This document shows, in pieces, positions 1 to 9,614 of a stretch of 64,000 nt of DNA. The position numbers and the translations under genes were made by a program. The number at the start of each line of letters is the position of its first letter. Positions within the stretch are counted from its first letter, which is position 1. Below the pieces are notes generated by a model. It did not search any database. It was not told where the DNA came from and saw only the letters and a program-made list of their open reading frames with translations. Source of the stretch: an uncultured candidate division Zixibacteria bacterium. Its GTDB lineage: Bacteria > Zixibacteria > MSB-5A5 > UBA10806. The stretch is from the NCBI GenBank assembly GCA_963817915.1, contig CAWFQL010000016.1, forward strand, positions 256,001 through 320,000, written 5' to 3'.

Positions 1-1022
1 GAAGCCATTTTGTCTATTGCCACTACCCTCTCGGCTCCACCTCGTTCAAATGCTTCTTTGGGCATTCCATACACGACCGAGGATGCTTCATCCTGGGCGA
101 ATGTCCGGGCCCCGGCTTTGCGCATGGCAACCATCCCATCAGCGCCGTCATGCCCCATTCCGGTCAGCATGACTCCAATAGCATTCGATCCAACATATTT
201 GGCCACTGACTGCATCATGACCTCTACCGATGGTCTATGACCGCAGACTTTATCCCCTTCTTTTATATCGACAAGATAAGTTCCGCCTGATCTGCGCACT
301 GTCATCTGAAAATCACCCGGAGCTATCAGAACCCTGCCAGCTATAATTCTATCGCCATTTTCGGCTTCCTTTACACTCATTGCGCATTGTTCGTTCAATC
401 GTTCGGCAAACATCTTGGTAAATCCCGCGGGCATATGCTGCACGATGATCACACCAGGCATATCGGCAGGAAATTGCGTGATTACATTGCGGATTGCTTC
501 GGTGCCGCCGGTCGATGCTCCAATGGCTACAACTTTATCGGTGGATTCAGCCAACGCATGGGAGCTTAATTTGGATCCTTTTGCGGCTACATGACGCTCT
601 TTCTTAAATGCGCTTACATTCGCTCCGGCCACCATCTTGACCTTTGAACGCAATTCCTCGAGCATCTCATTTAGTCCGCGAGCCACGTCCGCGCTGGGCT
701 TGGTTACAAAATCAATGGCTCCCGCTTCCAGCGCTTCCATGGTTATTTGCTTTCCGCGCTGAGTCAAAGCGCTTACCATCAATACCGGCAACGGATATTG
801 CGGCATCAATTTGCGCAAAAATTCAACACCGTCCATTTTGGGCATTTCGACATCGAGCGTCAAAACATCCGGCTTAAGCTCGACTATTTTATCCCGGGCG
901 ATATATGGATCCGAGGCCGCCCCAACTACCGAAATCTCCGGGTCCATCGATAAACCACGAGTCAATATTTCCCGAACCATCGCTGAATCATCTACTACCA
1001 GCACTCTGACAGTCTTGCTCAT
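1..1022 (-). CDS. cheB: Chemotaxis response regulator protein-glutamate methylesterase (3' end runs off the window; absent from the ORF track)
   Basis: Manual translation from ATG 1022: MSKTVRVLVVDDSAMVREIL...PDVLTLDVEMP (REC), then VVAIGASTGGTEAIR (methylesterase catalytic Ser motif); directly downstream of cheR. Confidence 0.95.
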   Translation of the reverse strand, partial: MSKTVRVLVVDDSAMVREILTRGLSMDPEISVVGAASDPYIARDKIVELKPDVLTLDVEMPKMDGVEFLRKLMPQYPLPVLMVSALTQRGKQITMEALEAGAIDFVTKPSADVARGLNEMLEELRSKVKMVAGANVSAFKKERHVAAKGSKLSSHALAESTDKVVAIGASTGGTEAIRNVITQFPADMPGVIIVQHMPAGFTKMFAERLNEQCAMSVKEAENGDRIIAGRVLIAPGDFQMTVRRSGGTYLVDIKEGDKVCGHRPSVEVMMQSVAKYVGSNAIGVMLTGMGHDGADGMVAMRKAGARTFAQDEASSVVYGMPKEAFERGGAERVVAIDKMA

Positions 1023-1024
1023 TA

Positions 1025-1888
1025 TTATTGCCCTTTCCTATATACTGCTGGCTTCACATAGTTGAAATGGGCATTGGAACGTCCCAACGATTCTGAATGT
1101 CCGATAAATAAATATGCGCTATCCTCCGAATGCCGACTGAAATGCTGCAGGAGGGTATCACGGGTCGGTTTATCAAAATATATCATGACATTTCTGCAAA
1201 ATATCGCGTGGAATTTTTTTCTGAATGGATATTCTTCACGCATCAAATTTAATCTTCTGTATAATACGAGCTGTTGTAATTTTTCATGCACTTTCCAGCT
1301 ATTATCGGAAAGTTGATTAAAATATTTGTCTTGTAATATTTTCGGCATATGAGATACGTTTTCATCCGAATAAATGCCGGCTTTCGCGATCTCCAATACT
1401 TTCGATGATATATCAGTCGCCAGGATGCCGATATCCCAGAATCCAAGGTCTCTGCCAAGATATTCCATAATAAGCATCGCCAGTGTGTATGGCTCCTCGC
1501 CGGATGAGCAGCCCGCGCACCATATCCGCAGATCACGTTCATTATTTTCCTTTAAGCTTTTTATCATCGCCGGCAATGCTGTCTGCGAAAAGTACGCAAA
1601 GTGATCGTTTTCACGCCAAAAAAATGTATGATTGGTAGAAATCCTGTCAATCAATCCATTTAGCGCGTGACCGGTTGAGTCGCGCTGAACATAATCATAA
1701 TATTGTTCGAAACTGGTAAACCCGTTTTGACGAAGGATTTTATTTAATCGTCCAATTATCAATGATCTTTTTTGTTCACCCAAAATTATGCCGAATTTGT
1801 CATAAACTAATTGGCTTATCAGCTTGAATTCTTTATCCGTGAGTTGAGTTAATTCGATTATTCCAATTTCATTTGCTGCCTGAGACAT
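1025..1888 (-). CDS. cheR: Chemotaxis methyltransferase
   Basis: ISTNHTFFWRE, IWCAGCSSGEEPYT, ATDIS, IFCRNVMIYFD and IGHSES motifs; start moved to ATG 1888 (AGGAG upstream). Confidence 0.96.
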   Translation of the reverse strand: MSQAANEIGIIELTQLTDKEFKLISQLVYDKFGIILGEQKRSLIIGRLNKILRQNGFTSFEQYYDYVQRDSTGHALNGLIDRISTNHTFFWRENDHFAYFSQTALPAMIKSLKENNERDLRIWCAGCSSGEEPYTLAMLIMEYLGRDLGFWDIGILATDISSKVLEIAKAGIYSDENVSHMPKILQDKYFNQLSDNSWKVHEKLQQLVLYRRLNLMREEYPFRKKFHAIFCRNVMIYFDKPTRDTLLQHFSRHSEDSAYLFIGHSESLGRSNAHFNYVKPAVYRKGQ

Positions 1889-1933
1889 GATTTGGGCTCC
1901 TACCAATTTTGTCTAAATCGTTTCTAAATGAGC

Positions 1934-1959
1934 CGGGGCATCTTGTTTTAGATGCCCCG
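1934..1959. repeat. Intergenic hairpin between the MCP and cheR (REP-like or mRNA-stabilising)
   Basis: cggggcatct-tgtttt-agatgccccg, a perfect 10-bp stem. Confidence 0.6.
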
Positions 1960-1972
1960 ACTTCAGTATTAG

Positions 1973-4123
1973 TTAGAATTTCCCGAATTCTGTGTCGTCA
2001 AGCGCGATAGTTGCCGCGGGTTGATTTTTAGTCATATTACTCATTTTGGCATTATGAGCGCCCCAATTTATATGCGCGCTCTTTTTTGCCTTCGGAGGCA
2101 TCTGCGCCTGCTCGGCTTTTTCTGTACGTTCGGTAGTCTGGTAATTGGAAATATTCCCATGCTTCAATGTAAACTTCGAGAGCATCTGCTTGAGCTGATT
2201 GGCCTGGCCGGATAATTCCTCGGCCGCTGATGCGCTCTCTTCGGCGCTGGCCGTATTGGATTGAGTTACCTGATCGATCTGACCTAAGCCGGTATTCACC
2301 TGCTCGATACCTTGAGCCTGCTCATTGGAAGCGCTGGCAATCTCGCCAACCAGGTCGGTTACCTTGGTTACTCCGCCGACTATCTCCTCCAGTGCCTTGG
2401 CTGTAGTGTTGGCGATATTGGTGCCATTCTCGACTTTTTTCACTGAACCTTCAATTAACTCTGTTGTCTCTTTGGCGGCTTTCGCTGAACGTTGAGCCAG
2501 ATTCCTGACTTCTTCCGCCACGACCGCGAATCCCTTGCCATGTACTCCCGCTCGGGCCGCTTCAACCGCCGCATTCAAAGCCAGCAGGTTGGTCTGGAAT
2601 GCTATTTCATCTATTACCTTGATAATCTTAGATATCTGGCTTGATGATTCATTGATTTCTTTCATCGCCGATAGCATCTCTTTCATCTGGTCATTGCCGC
2701 GACCGGCATTGTCTCTGGCGGATGACGCTAATTGATTCGCCTGGGTGGCGTTCTCGGCGTTCTGCTTGGTCTGCGAGGTCATCTCGGTCATCGATGAGGT
2801 TACTTCCTCTATCGAACTGGCTTGTTCGGTCGCGCCCTGCGATAACGCCTGGCTCGAATCCGAAACCTGCTGCGAACCGGATGCAATCTGCTCTACCGCA
2901 TTTGCGACCTGACCCAGTATATCATTGAGAGAAGCCAATGTGCCGTTAACAGCATTCTTCATGATAGCATGATCGCCCTTGTAGTCGCCGACCATAGAAC
3001 CTGAAAGATCACCCTTCGACATTTCCTCAAGAACCGCTACAGCTTCGTTCACCGGCTTGATTACCGCGTCTAATGTCTCGTTGACACCCTGGACTATCTC
3101 GGCGTAGCTTCCCTTGAAATTGCCGGCGTTACCGCGGGTTTCCAATTTGCCCTCTACGGCCGACTTGGAAAGCATACCGGTCTCATTAGCCAATCCGCGC
3201 AATGATTCGGTGACGGTCTTAATCGCGGGCGATATTTCGTCCATTGAATCTTTTGCCACGATGTTGGTTGAAAGATCGCCTTCCGCGATCTTCTTTAATG
3301 TCGCTACCACGTTATTCTGGAGGTCATCCGCGAATTCATCCATGGTGTTAGCTAGGACTCCAATTTCATCGCTTCTACGCATCCGAAGACGAGTATTAAG
3401 ATGACCCTTAGCCAGTTCCTGCAAGAGCTGGACGCCTTTGGTCATGGGATTAACAATGCTTTTCGGGTAAGAAATATGCCCAGCGCTATCGCGACGACAA
3501 ATCCAATCGCAAGTACGATTATCATTGTGGCTCTGGAACTTGACGAGGTTTTATCGCTTGCATCTGTGACCCTCGCCGCTTCAACATCAGTCAATTCAAT
3601 TTCCTTATTTAATAGCTCCTCAGCTACTTTGAATGACTTCGAAGCAACTTCCATTCCCTGATTTTTTGCTTTTTCAAATGTAGCTTCATCTTTGGTAGAA
3701 TAATATTTACGTATAATGCTTTACATATTCATCTTCGTCTGTCTTCCAGGCCTGCCACGCTGCCCAGAATTTATTCCAGATCTCCTGCTCCTCGGTTGAT
3801 TTTGGGCAATGGTTCATAAACATCTTTGGCCTTATCCGCTCTGTCGAATGCATTGGCAATATGCTGTAATTCTCGTTCGGACCGAGCCTGGTCTAATCCG
3901 GCATACCAATAATGTCCGTTCAGCGGCCTTAACCGCTGTCTGAGCCTGATAAATAATCTGCATTGATCTGACACTCGGGAAGTTCAACCTTCCCAAGTGT
4001 ATTCGCTGAATCGCCAACAGTCTTTAGGCTATAATATCCAATTCCGCCTATAATACCGGCGATAATCGCGACTGCGACGAACCCGCCAATTAATTTGGGT
4101 CCCAATTTGAGTTTGTTAAGCAT
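1973..4123 (-). pseudogene. Methyl-accepting chemotaxis protein (TM, 4HB-like sensor, TM, HAMPs, signalling domain) with five frameshifts in the 5' third; cytoplasmic part 1973..3445 is intact
   Basis: [32 protein letters not shown] signalling tip and C-terminal pentapeptide EFGKF; fragments 3929-4123, 3832-4017, 3771-3974 and 3442-3654 join into one protein if extra bases near 3980, 3907, 3800, 3721 and 3461 are removed. Confidence 0.85.
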
Positions 4124-4200
4124 TTTAATCCCCCTTCATTTTTAGATTTCTACTACGATTGAATTCTGCTAAAAATTCTATCTACGATTAAATTATATCC

Positions 4201-5238
4201 TCAAAATACATAAATCATTTCAAAGGCCAGTGACTGATTCGCGTTATATCTTGAATCGAATCCGCTCAGTCGTGAGCTTAGTATTGAGTAATTTATTCTG
4301 TATTCCATCAATGCCTTTATTCCTCCCGGCACTGTAACCATCGGAGCCAACGAAATAGAATGTAATTTTTCGGCGACTCCATGTTCCAGACGGGAACCAT
4401 TGATGTCATTAAAATAGTCGTATCTTGATGTCAGCCCGAATCTATCGGTCAGATTGTAATTAGTCGCAATATAATATCCCATCCAGCGCGCTTTTTCATT
4501 TGGCAGGCGGCTTTCTCCGTATGAAACATTGCCGCTTAATAGAAGATTGATAAATGGATTATATGTGCAATCCACTTCGTACAATGCCACCTTCGTTTCG
4601 TTATCGGCGCTCTCCGAACCGTAAATTGAAGAAACACCAAAACTTAATTTCTCTTCGCTGGCAAATTCGATTCTTCCGCCAACATTCTTCCCTTTTTTGA
4701 AATCCACATTCTGATTCCAACCGTTGGTGACAAAAAGCGTCAAGCCAAATGAGTTGGAAATATCCGAATAAACCATTAGCCCCGTAAGATTTTCAGGACA
4801 ACTATAGGTTGACACCAATGAGTATGAATATTGTGTTTTTTCCGCGGTATCTTCGGGCTCGCAACCCATTGGAGCGTTAAATTTGCCGAATGTTAATTCG
4901 CTTGATCTTAATCCTGGGAATTTAAGGGTGATGAATCCTTGTTCGAGGTCGAAACTAAAGCCCCCATTACCATCACTTGTCCATTCCAAATCCAACCGGG
5001 CGTTCCCGATCTCACCGACATCATTTTCGAGATCAACTTCGGCTTCATCAAAACCAAACGTGCTGGTATTCGGATTATTGGTGTAAAGGTAGCTCGCATC
5101 CATAAATCCGTTGATGCGAATGGTCTTTGCCCCTTCTGAGCCTGAAATAATCGGCATGTCTTGAGCGGCAACAGAAACCGACAAAGATATGATGAATAGA
5201 AGAATCCAAACTTCCTTGTTGTGTCTCGATAATGCCAT
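4201..5238 (-). CDS. Putative outer-membrane beta-barrel porin (BBP2/phosphate-porin-like)
   Basis: Signal peptide (VWILLFIISLSVSVAA-Q), GFMDASY, LEQGFI, FGKFNAPMG, amphipathic strands and terminal Phe (MIYVF). Confidence 0.75.
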   Translation of the reverse strand: MALSRHNKEVWILLFIISLSVSVAAQDMPIISGSEGAKTIRINGFMDASYLYTNNPNTSTFGFDEAEVDLENDVGEIGNARLDLEWTSDGNGGFSFDLEQGFITLKFPGLRSSELTFGKFNAPMGCEPEDTAEKTQYSYSLVSTYSCPENLTGLMVYSDISNSFGLTLFVTNGWNQNVDFKKGKNVGGRIEFASEEKLSFGVSSIYGSESADNETKVALYEVDCTYNPFINLLLSGNVSYGESRLPNEKARWMGYYIATNYNLTDRFGLTSRYDYFNDINGSRLEHGVAEKLHSISLAPMVTVPGGIKALMEYRINYSILSSRLSGFDSRYNANQSLAFEMIYVF

Positions 5239-5279
5239 GAACGTTCCCTCGTCTTGCAAAATGCCCTCTTATCTCAGTT

Positions 5280-6098
5280 CTAGGGCGCCACGCAACCCAG
5301 CTGTTCGATTTCATCTCCGCTAAGCAATTCATTGACATTAAGCAAAACCTTTAGGCCATTGCCTATTTTGCCCATTCCATGAATATAGCGGCTGGCCTTG
5401 CCTTCCTTGGCCCTGGGTGATGGCTCAATATTGTCATTTGGGATATCGAGAACTTCAGTAACGGAATCCACAATAAATCCGATTCGATTGCTGTTGCACT
5501 CGCTTATGATTACGATTTCCCTGACGCTATCTTTTAGAATCTTAATTGTTTCATCAAAAATTTCTCTCACGACCGCCAATTCCCTGCCCCACGCTGCGGT
5601 AACCAATTCGAGAGCTTCGGAGAACATCTGCTTTTTTTCATATTCCTTGACTGTTTCCCCAAGGGCATGGATTTTTTTATGGGGGATATCGAATTTGTTT
5701 AACTGGATTCTCAGAAGCTGGTTGTTTGTAAGAAATGTATCATACCATTTCCCGAATGCACATTTATGGGGATCTGTGGTCAATTTAAATTCCCGTTTTT
5801 CTTCAACGGATTTTTGGAGTTCTTGCAGCCAATTGATATGGTCCTGCTCTCTGGCCATCAGCAAATCGATTAAGCCCTTAATCTCATCCTGAAAACTGGC
5901 CATCCCCAAACGCTTTCTAAGATCGATTGCCGGAATTACGAGCCCTCTAAGATTAATAATACCTCTCATAAAATCCGGTGAATCAGGTAATTTTGACGGT
6001 TTACTAAGTAGCACCATTTCTTTCACGAACTCCGTTCGAATACCATACTCCTGGTGATTTAATTCAAACGTCACCCAGCTGTTTTCCATCTCTGACAT
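5280..6098 (-). CDS. cheW: CheW with an inserted CZB (chemoreceptor zinc-binding) domain
   Basis: CheW N-half (GIINLRGLVIPAIDLRKRLG) and C-half (IGFIVDSVTEVLDI) split by DHINW...DPHKCAFGKWY...PHKKIH (3His-1Cys). Confidence 0.88.
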   Translation of the reverse strand: MSEMENSWVTFELNHQEYGIRTEFVKEMVLLSKPSKLPDSPDFMRGIINLRGLVIPAIDLRKRLGMASFQDEIKGLIDLLMAREQDHINWLQELQKSVEEKREFKLTTDPHKCAFGKWYDTFLTNNQLLRIQLNKFDIPHKKIHALGETVKEYEKKQMFSEALELVTAAWGRELAVVREIFDETIKILKDSVREIVIISECNSNRIGFIVDSVTEVLDIPNDNIEPSPRAKEGKASRYIHGMGKIGNGLKVLLNVNELLSGDEIEQLGCVAP

Positions 6099-6169
6099 TT
6101 TCCCAACCTCCTCTTGTCGCCCCCCATGTTTAGCGATTAAAGCAGGTAAGAAAAGACTGTCGATATTTT

Positions 6170-6685
6170 TTAATTTACCGATGTTTCCTGGATCAACTCA
6201 GCTTCGCATTTTAGCAAAAGCTGTCTGATATCCAGGAGAATCTTTACTTCCTCTCCGACTTTTCCTAATCCTTGAATGAATCTGCTCGATTCACCTTTAT
6301 TTACCTTTGGCGGCGGCTCGATATGATCGGCAGGTATATCTATTACCTCAGAAACCGAATCGACTATCAGGCCGACAGCCATATTATTAATGTTGACCAC
6401 CACGATACATGTACGTTCGTCGTACTTGCGCTCTTCAAACCCGAAACGAAGCCTTACATCGACGACGGGAATAACCTTCCCGCGAAGATTGATGACTCCC
6501 TTTACGTAATTGGGCATGTCGGGCAAATCAGTGATATTTTGAATGCCGATTATTTCGGTGACATTCTTGATTTCAATTCCATACTCTTCATTTCCAAGCG
6601 TGAAAGTCAGGTATTTCCCTTCCTGGGTATCTTCCTGTTCCTCTTCGTCGAGAAGCTCACTATTGAGTCTTTCATTCTCTGCCAT
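6170..6685 (-). CDS. cheW: Chemotaxis coupling protein
   Basis: KYLTFTLGNEEYG, GVINLRGKVIPVVDVR, GLIVDSVSEV. Confidence 0.96.
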   Translation of the reverse strand: MAENERLNSELLDEEEQEDTQEGKYLTFTLGNEEYGIEIKNVTEIIGIQNITDLPDMPNYVKGVINLRGKVIPVVDVRLRFGFEERKYDERTCIVVVNINNMAVGLIVDSVSEVIDIPADHIEPPPKVNKGESSRFIQGLGKVGEEVKILLDIRQLLLKCEAELIQETSVN

Positions 6686-6714
6686 AACGTTCTCCTATTT
6701 TAAGGTAAGCAATT

Positions 6715-9135
6715 TCAAGCAGTTACAAGCTGTGCCTGCCCCTTTTGTGACTGCGTTATATCTATTTTTTTTGAATCTTTTTCTGCTAAGGCGAAAATTC
6801 CGGCGATATCGATAATCAGACTGATTGTGCCGTCTCCCTGTATTGTACAACCCGATACTGCCCGGATTTCACCAACATATTCGGACAAACCCTTAATCAC
6901 TATCTGTTGTTGGCCAACGACCTCATCAACAAATAGCCCCATAGTCTTATTTTCATTTTCAACAATGACAATTATCCCGTCTTCCAGTTCCATCTCCTTC
7001 TTGCCATTGTTCAGTAATGTCTGCATTCTCACGACTGGAAGTAGTTTTCCTCGGATATTTACGATTTCCTGGCCGTCCATCATTCTGGTTACATTCGATG
7101 AGTTCATTCTCAATGATTCTTTGATGGCAACTATCGGTATAATGTATCTCGTACCGCCGATCAGAACATTCATGCCGTCGATAATTGCCAGAGTCAGAGG
7201 TATTCGGAGTATAACGCTTGTGCCTTTGCCTGTCTCGCTGCGAACCTCTACTTTGCCTCTTATATTTTCGATATTACGTCTGACAACATCCATGCCCACG
7301 CCACGGCCGGAAACATCCGTAACTTTATCGGCGGTAGAAAAACCGGGCAGGAATATCATCTGCCAAACCTGATCATCGCGCAGATCGCTACCGTCGCCTT
7401 CGATTAGTCCTTTTTCCCGCGCCTTGGATAATATCCTGTCTTTATTTAGCCCCTTGCCATCGTCTTTAATAAGTATCCAAACCTCGCCGCCGACATATTT
7501 GGCTTCTAACGTTACATGGCCGATCGGGGATTTATTGGAATTTTCACGTTCTTCGGGAGTCTCTAGACCATGGTCTACCGAATTTCTGATTATATGCACC
7601 AGAGGATCGTTTATCTGTTCGATAACTGTTTTGTCGACTTCAGTCTCTTCGCCGATTATCTCGAGTTCGACTTTTTTATCAACCTTCTGGGCAAGATCGC
7701 GAACCAGCCTTATCATCTTGCGGAATGTCCCGGACAAAGGAATCATCCTAATGGCGGTCGCGATATCCTGAAGGTCGCGGGTTATTTTATTCAATTGCAT
7801 GACCGATTTATCGAATCGTTCAAGCGATATGTTCAATCCTCTTATATCCGGATTTTGAGATACCATAGCTTCGGATATTACTAATTCCCCGACCAGATCC
7901 ATTAATACATCGAGCTTTTCAATATCCACTCTTATCGATTGTTTCTGAGAAGTCTTATCCGGCGCCCTGCGATCTCCCATCCTTCTGTCTTCCCCCGAAC
8001 GGCGATCGGATTGAGACTGCTGAGCGACTACATTATGTTCCAATGTCTGGATATTTTCGGATCCCACCGCCACCATAGGAATTCTGCCCGCGGCTTCTTC
8101 TGTTTTTTGCGGAGCAATTATGGATTCCATCGAAGGGGTAGTCTGAGTATGAATCGGGACGATTTCGGGTGTGTCCTTGCCGGTCTCAGGTGATAATTTC
8201 GCGATCGCGTCTTGCATCAGGCTTATCAATCCAGCCTTGCCCGCTATTTTGGGTTCATTGCCATCATTGACCTGGGCCACTGCGCCTCGTAGAAAATCGA
8301 GAACCTCCAACAGCATCGAAAATATCTGACCATCGGCAGCAGCCTTGCCCGCTCTGATCATATCCAGTACTGATTCTGCCTTATGGCTGACTGTTTCAAT
8401 ATCCGCGAATCCAAAAAATCCCGCGTTACCCTTAAGGCTATGAAGAGACCGAAATGCCTGAGAAATATATTCATCGTGATTAGGCTCTTTTTCGAGATTC
8501 AATAACGCCTCTTCCGCTGATTCTATAAGCTCATCCGCCTCCGACGTAAACTGCTTTGTCATTTCAGGCGTGATACTTAACTGCATTGAGACCGGCGCGG
8601 CTCCGCTTGAATTTTCCGATGATACTGGCGCGGGATCAATCGTGCCCGGCTCGGCGATGGGAGCTTGTTGATTTTTTGGAGTTGGCGGCGGGGACGACTT
8701 GGCGCTATTTATTGCCGCTATCGTCTTTTTGAGGTCCTCAACAATTAATGCAGCCTCTTTTTCGAATCCTGAATCATTTAGATTGCTCTCGATATTATCA
8801 AGCAGTTGACGAATAAAATCCGCCGCCCTATTCATCAGATCGACATGTTCGCTTGATAAAACACCTACTCCCTTTCTAAAGAGATCCAGCAGGGTTTCAG
8901 CTTCGTGTGTTACTTTACTGACGGTACCGAAATTCAAAAAACCCGCCGCCCCTTTCAACGAATGGAACAGGCGAAAAATCGTATTGATTACTTCCGGGTC
9001 GACTCCGCTTGAACGATCTGATATTTTTTCCAGTTCAATTAACAGGGGCTCGACATTATCAAGCATCTCCCGCCCCTCGTCTACAAATGCCTGGATAAAT
9101 TCGCCCTGCTCGCTATCGTTATCGTATCCTGCCAT
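6715..9135 (-). CDS. cheA: Chemotaxis histidine kinase with two HPt (P1) domains
   Basis: FRLFHSLKGAAG and FRSLHSLKGNAG; SIRVD dimerisation domain; HIIRNSVDHG, DDGKG, GFSTADKVTDVSGRGVGMDVV; C-terminal CheW-like P5. Confidence 0.96.
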   Translation of the reverse strand: MAGYDNDSEQGEFIQAFVDEGREMLDNVEPLLIELEKISDRSSGVDPEVINTIFRLFHSLKGAAGFLNFGTVSKVTHEAETLLDLFRKGVGVLSSEHVDLMNRAADFIRQLLDNIESNLNDSGFEKEAALIVEDLKKTIAAINSAKSSPPPTPKNQQAPIAEPGTIDPAPVSSENSSGAAPVSMQLSITPEMTKQFTSEADELIESAEEALLNLEKEPNHDEYISQAFRSLHSLKGNAGFFGFADIETVSHKAESVLDMIRAGKAAADGQIFSMLLEVLDFLRGAVAQVNDGNEPKIAGKAGLISLMQDAIAKLSPETGKDTPEIVPIHTQTTPSMESIIAPQKTEEAAGRIPMVAVGSENIQTLEHNVVAQQSQSDRRSGEDRRMGDRRAPDKTSQKQSIRVDIEKLDVLMDLVGELVISEAMVSQNPDIRGLNISLERFDKSVMQLNKITRDLQDIATAIRMIPLSGTFRKMIRLVRDLAQKVDKKVELEIIGEETEVDKTVIEQINDPLVHIIRNSVDHGLETPEERENSNKSPIGHVTLEAKYVGGEVWILIKDDGKGLNKDRILSKAREKGLIEGDGSDLRDDQVWQMIFLPGFSTADKVTDVSGRGVGMDVVRRNIENIRGKVEVRSETGKGTSVILRIPLTLAIIDGMNVLIGGTRYIIPIVAIKESLRMNSSNVTRMMDGQEIVNIRGKLLPVVRMQTLLNNGKKEMELEDGIIVIVENENKTMGLFVDEVVGQQQIVIKGLSEYVGEIRAVSGCTIQGDGTISLIIDIAGIFALAEKDSKKIDITQSQKGQAQLVTA

Positions 9136-9224
9136 ACCGATCCTTCTCCGATTTTAAAAGCCATATTTATAGGGCAAAAATTTTATTCTATCTTCCTTCT
9201 CAAAAATCGAGTAAGGCATTAAGT

Positions 9225-9251
9225 TTATCGGTATTAATATGAACGCATTGA
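9225..9251 (-). promoter_or_regulatory. sigma28 (FliA)-type promoter for the che operon
   Basis: Minus strand TCAA-N15-ACCGATAA versus consensus TAAA-N15-GCCGATAA. Confidence 0.6.
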
Positions 9252-9517
9252 TTTTGAAGCGATTGTGCTGCTCAAGTTGAAACACTCGATTTGGGCCGCT
9301 CAAAAACTACCGTAACAGCTTGAAGAATAACCGTTAAGTAAAAATACTACAGCTATTGCTAATTGCTCGCAATAAGAACTGGAATTTGATGCATTCCGAA
9401 ACAGCAAAGATGGTCATTCGCCACAAGAGGATGAACGTAAAGGATTTGTTCTGAATATCGTTTTTATTTTCAATCTTCGATGAGCTATATAGATGAATGA
9501 GCCATAAATATTAATAT

Positions 9518-9544
9518 TAAGTGTCATCCGAATAGAGCCGAAGA
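9518..9544 (+). promoter_or_regulatory. sigma28-type promoter for the double-receiver gene
   Basis: TAAG-N15-GCCGAAGA. Confidence 0.55.
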
Positions 9545-9614
9545 TAACATCAGATTTTAAAAAATGTGTAATCCCCTCGGCGGGGACTAAAATTTATTGC
9601 GGAGCTTATAATAA

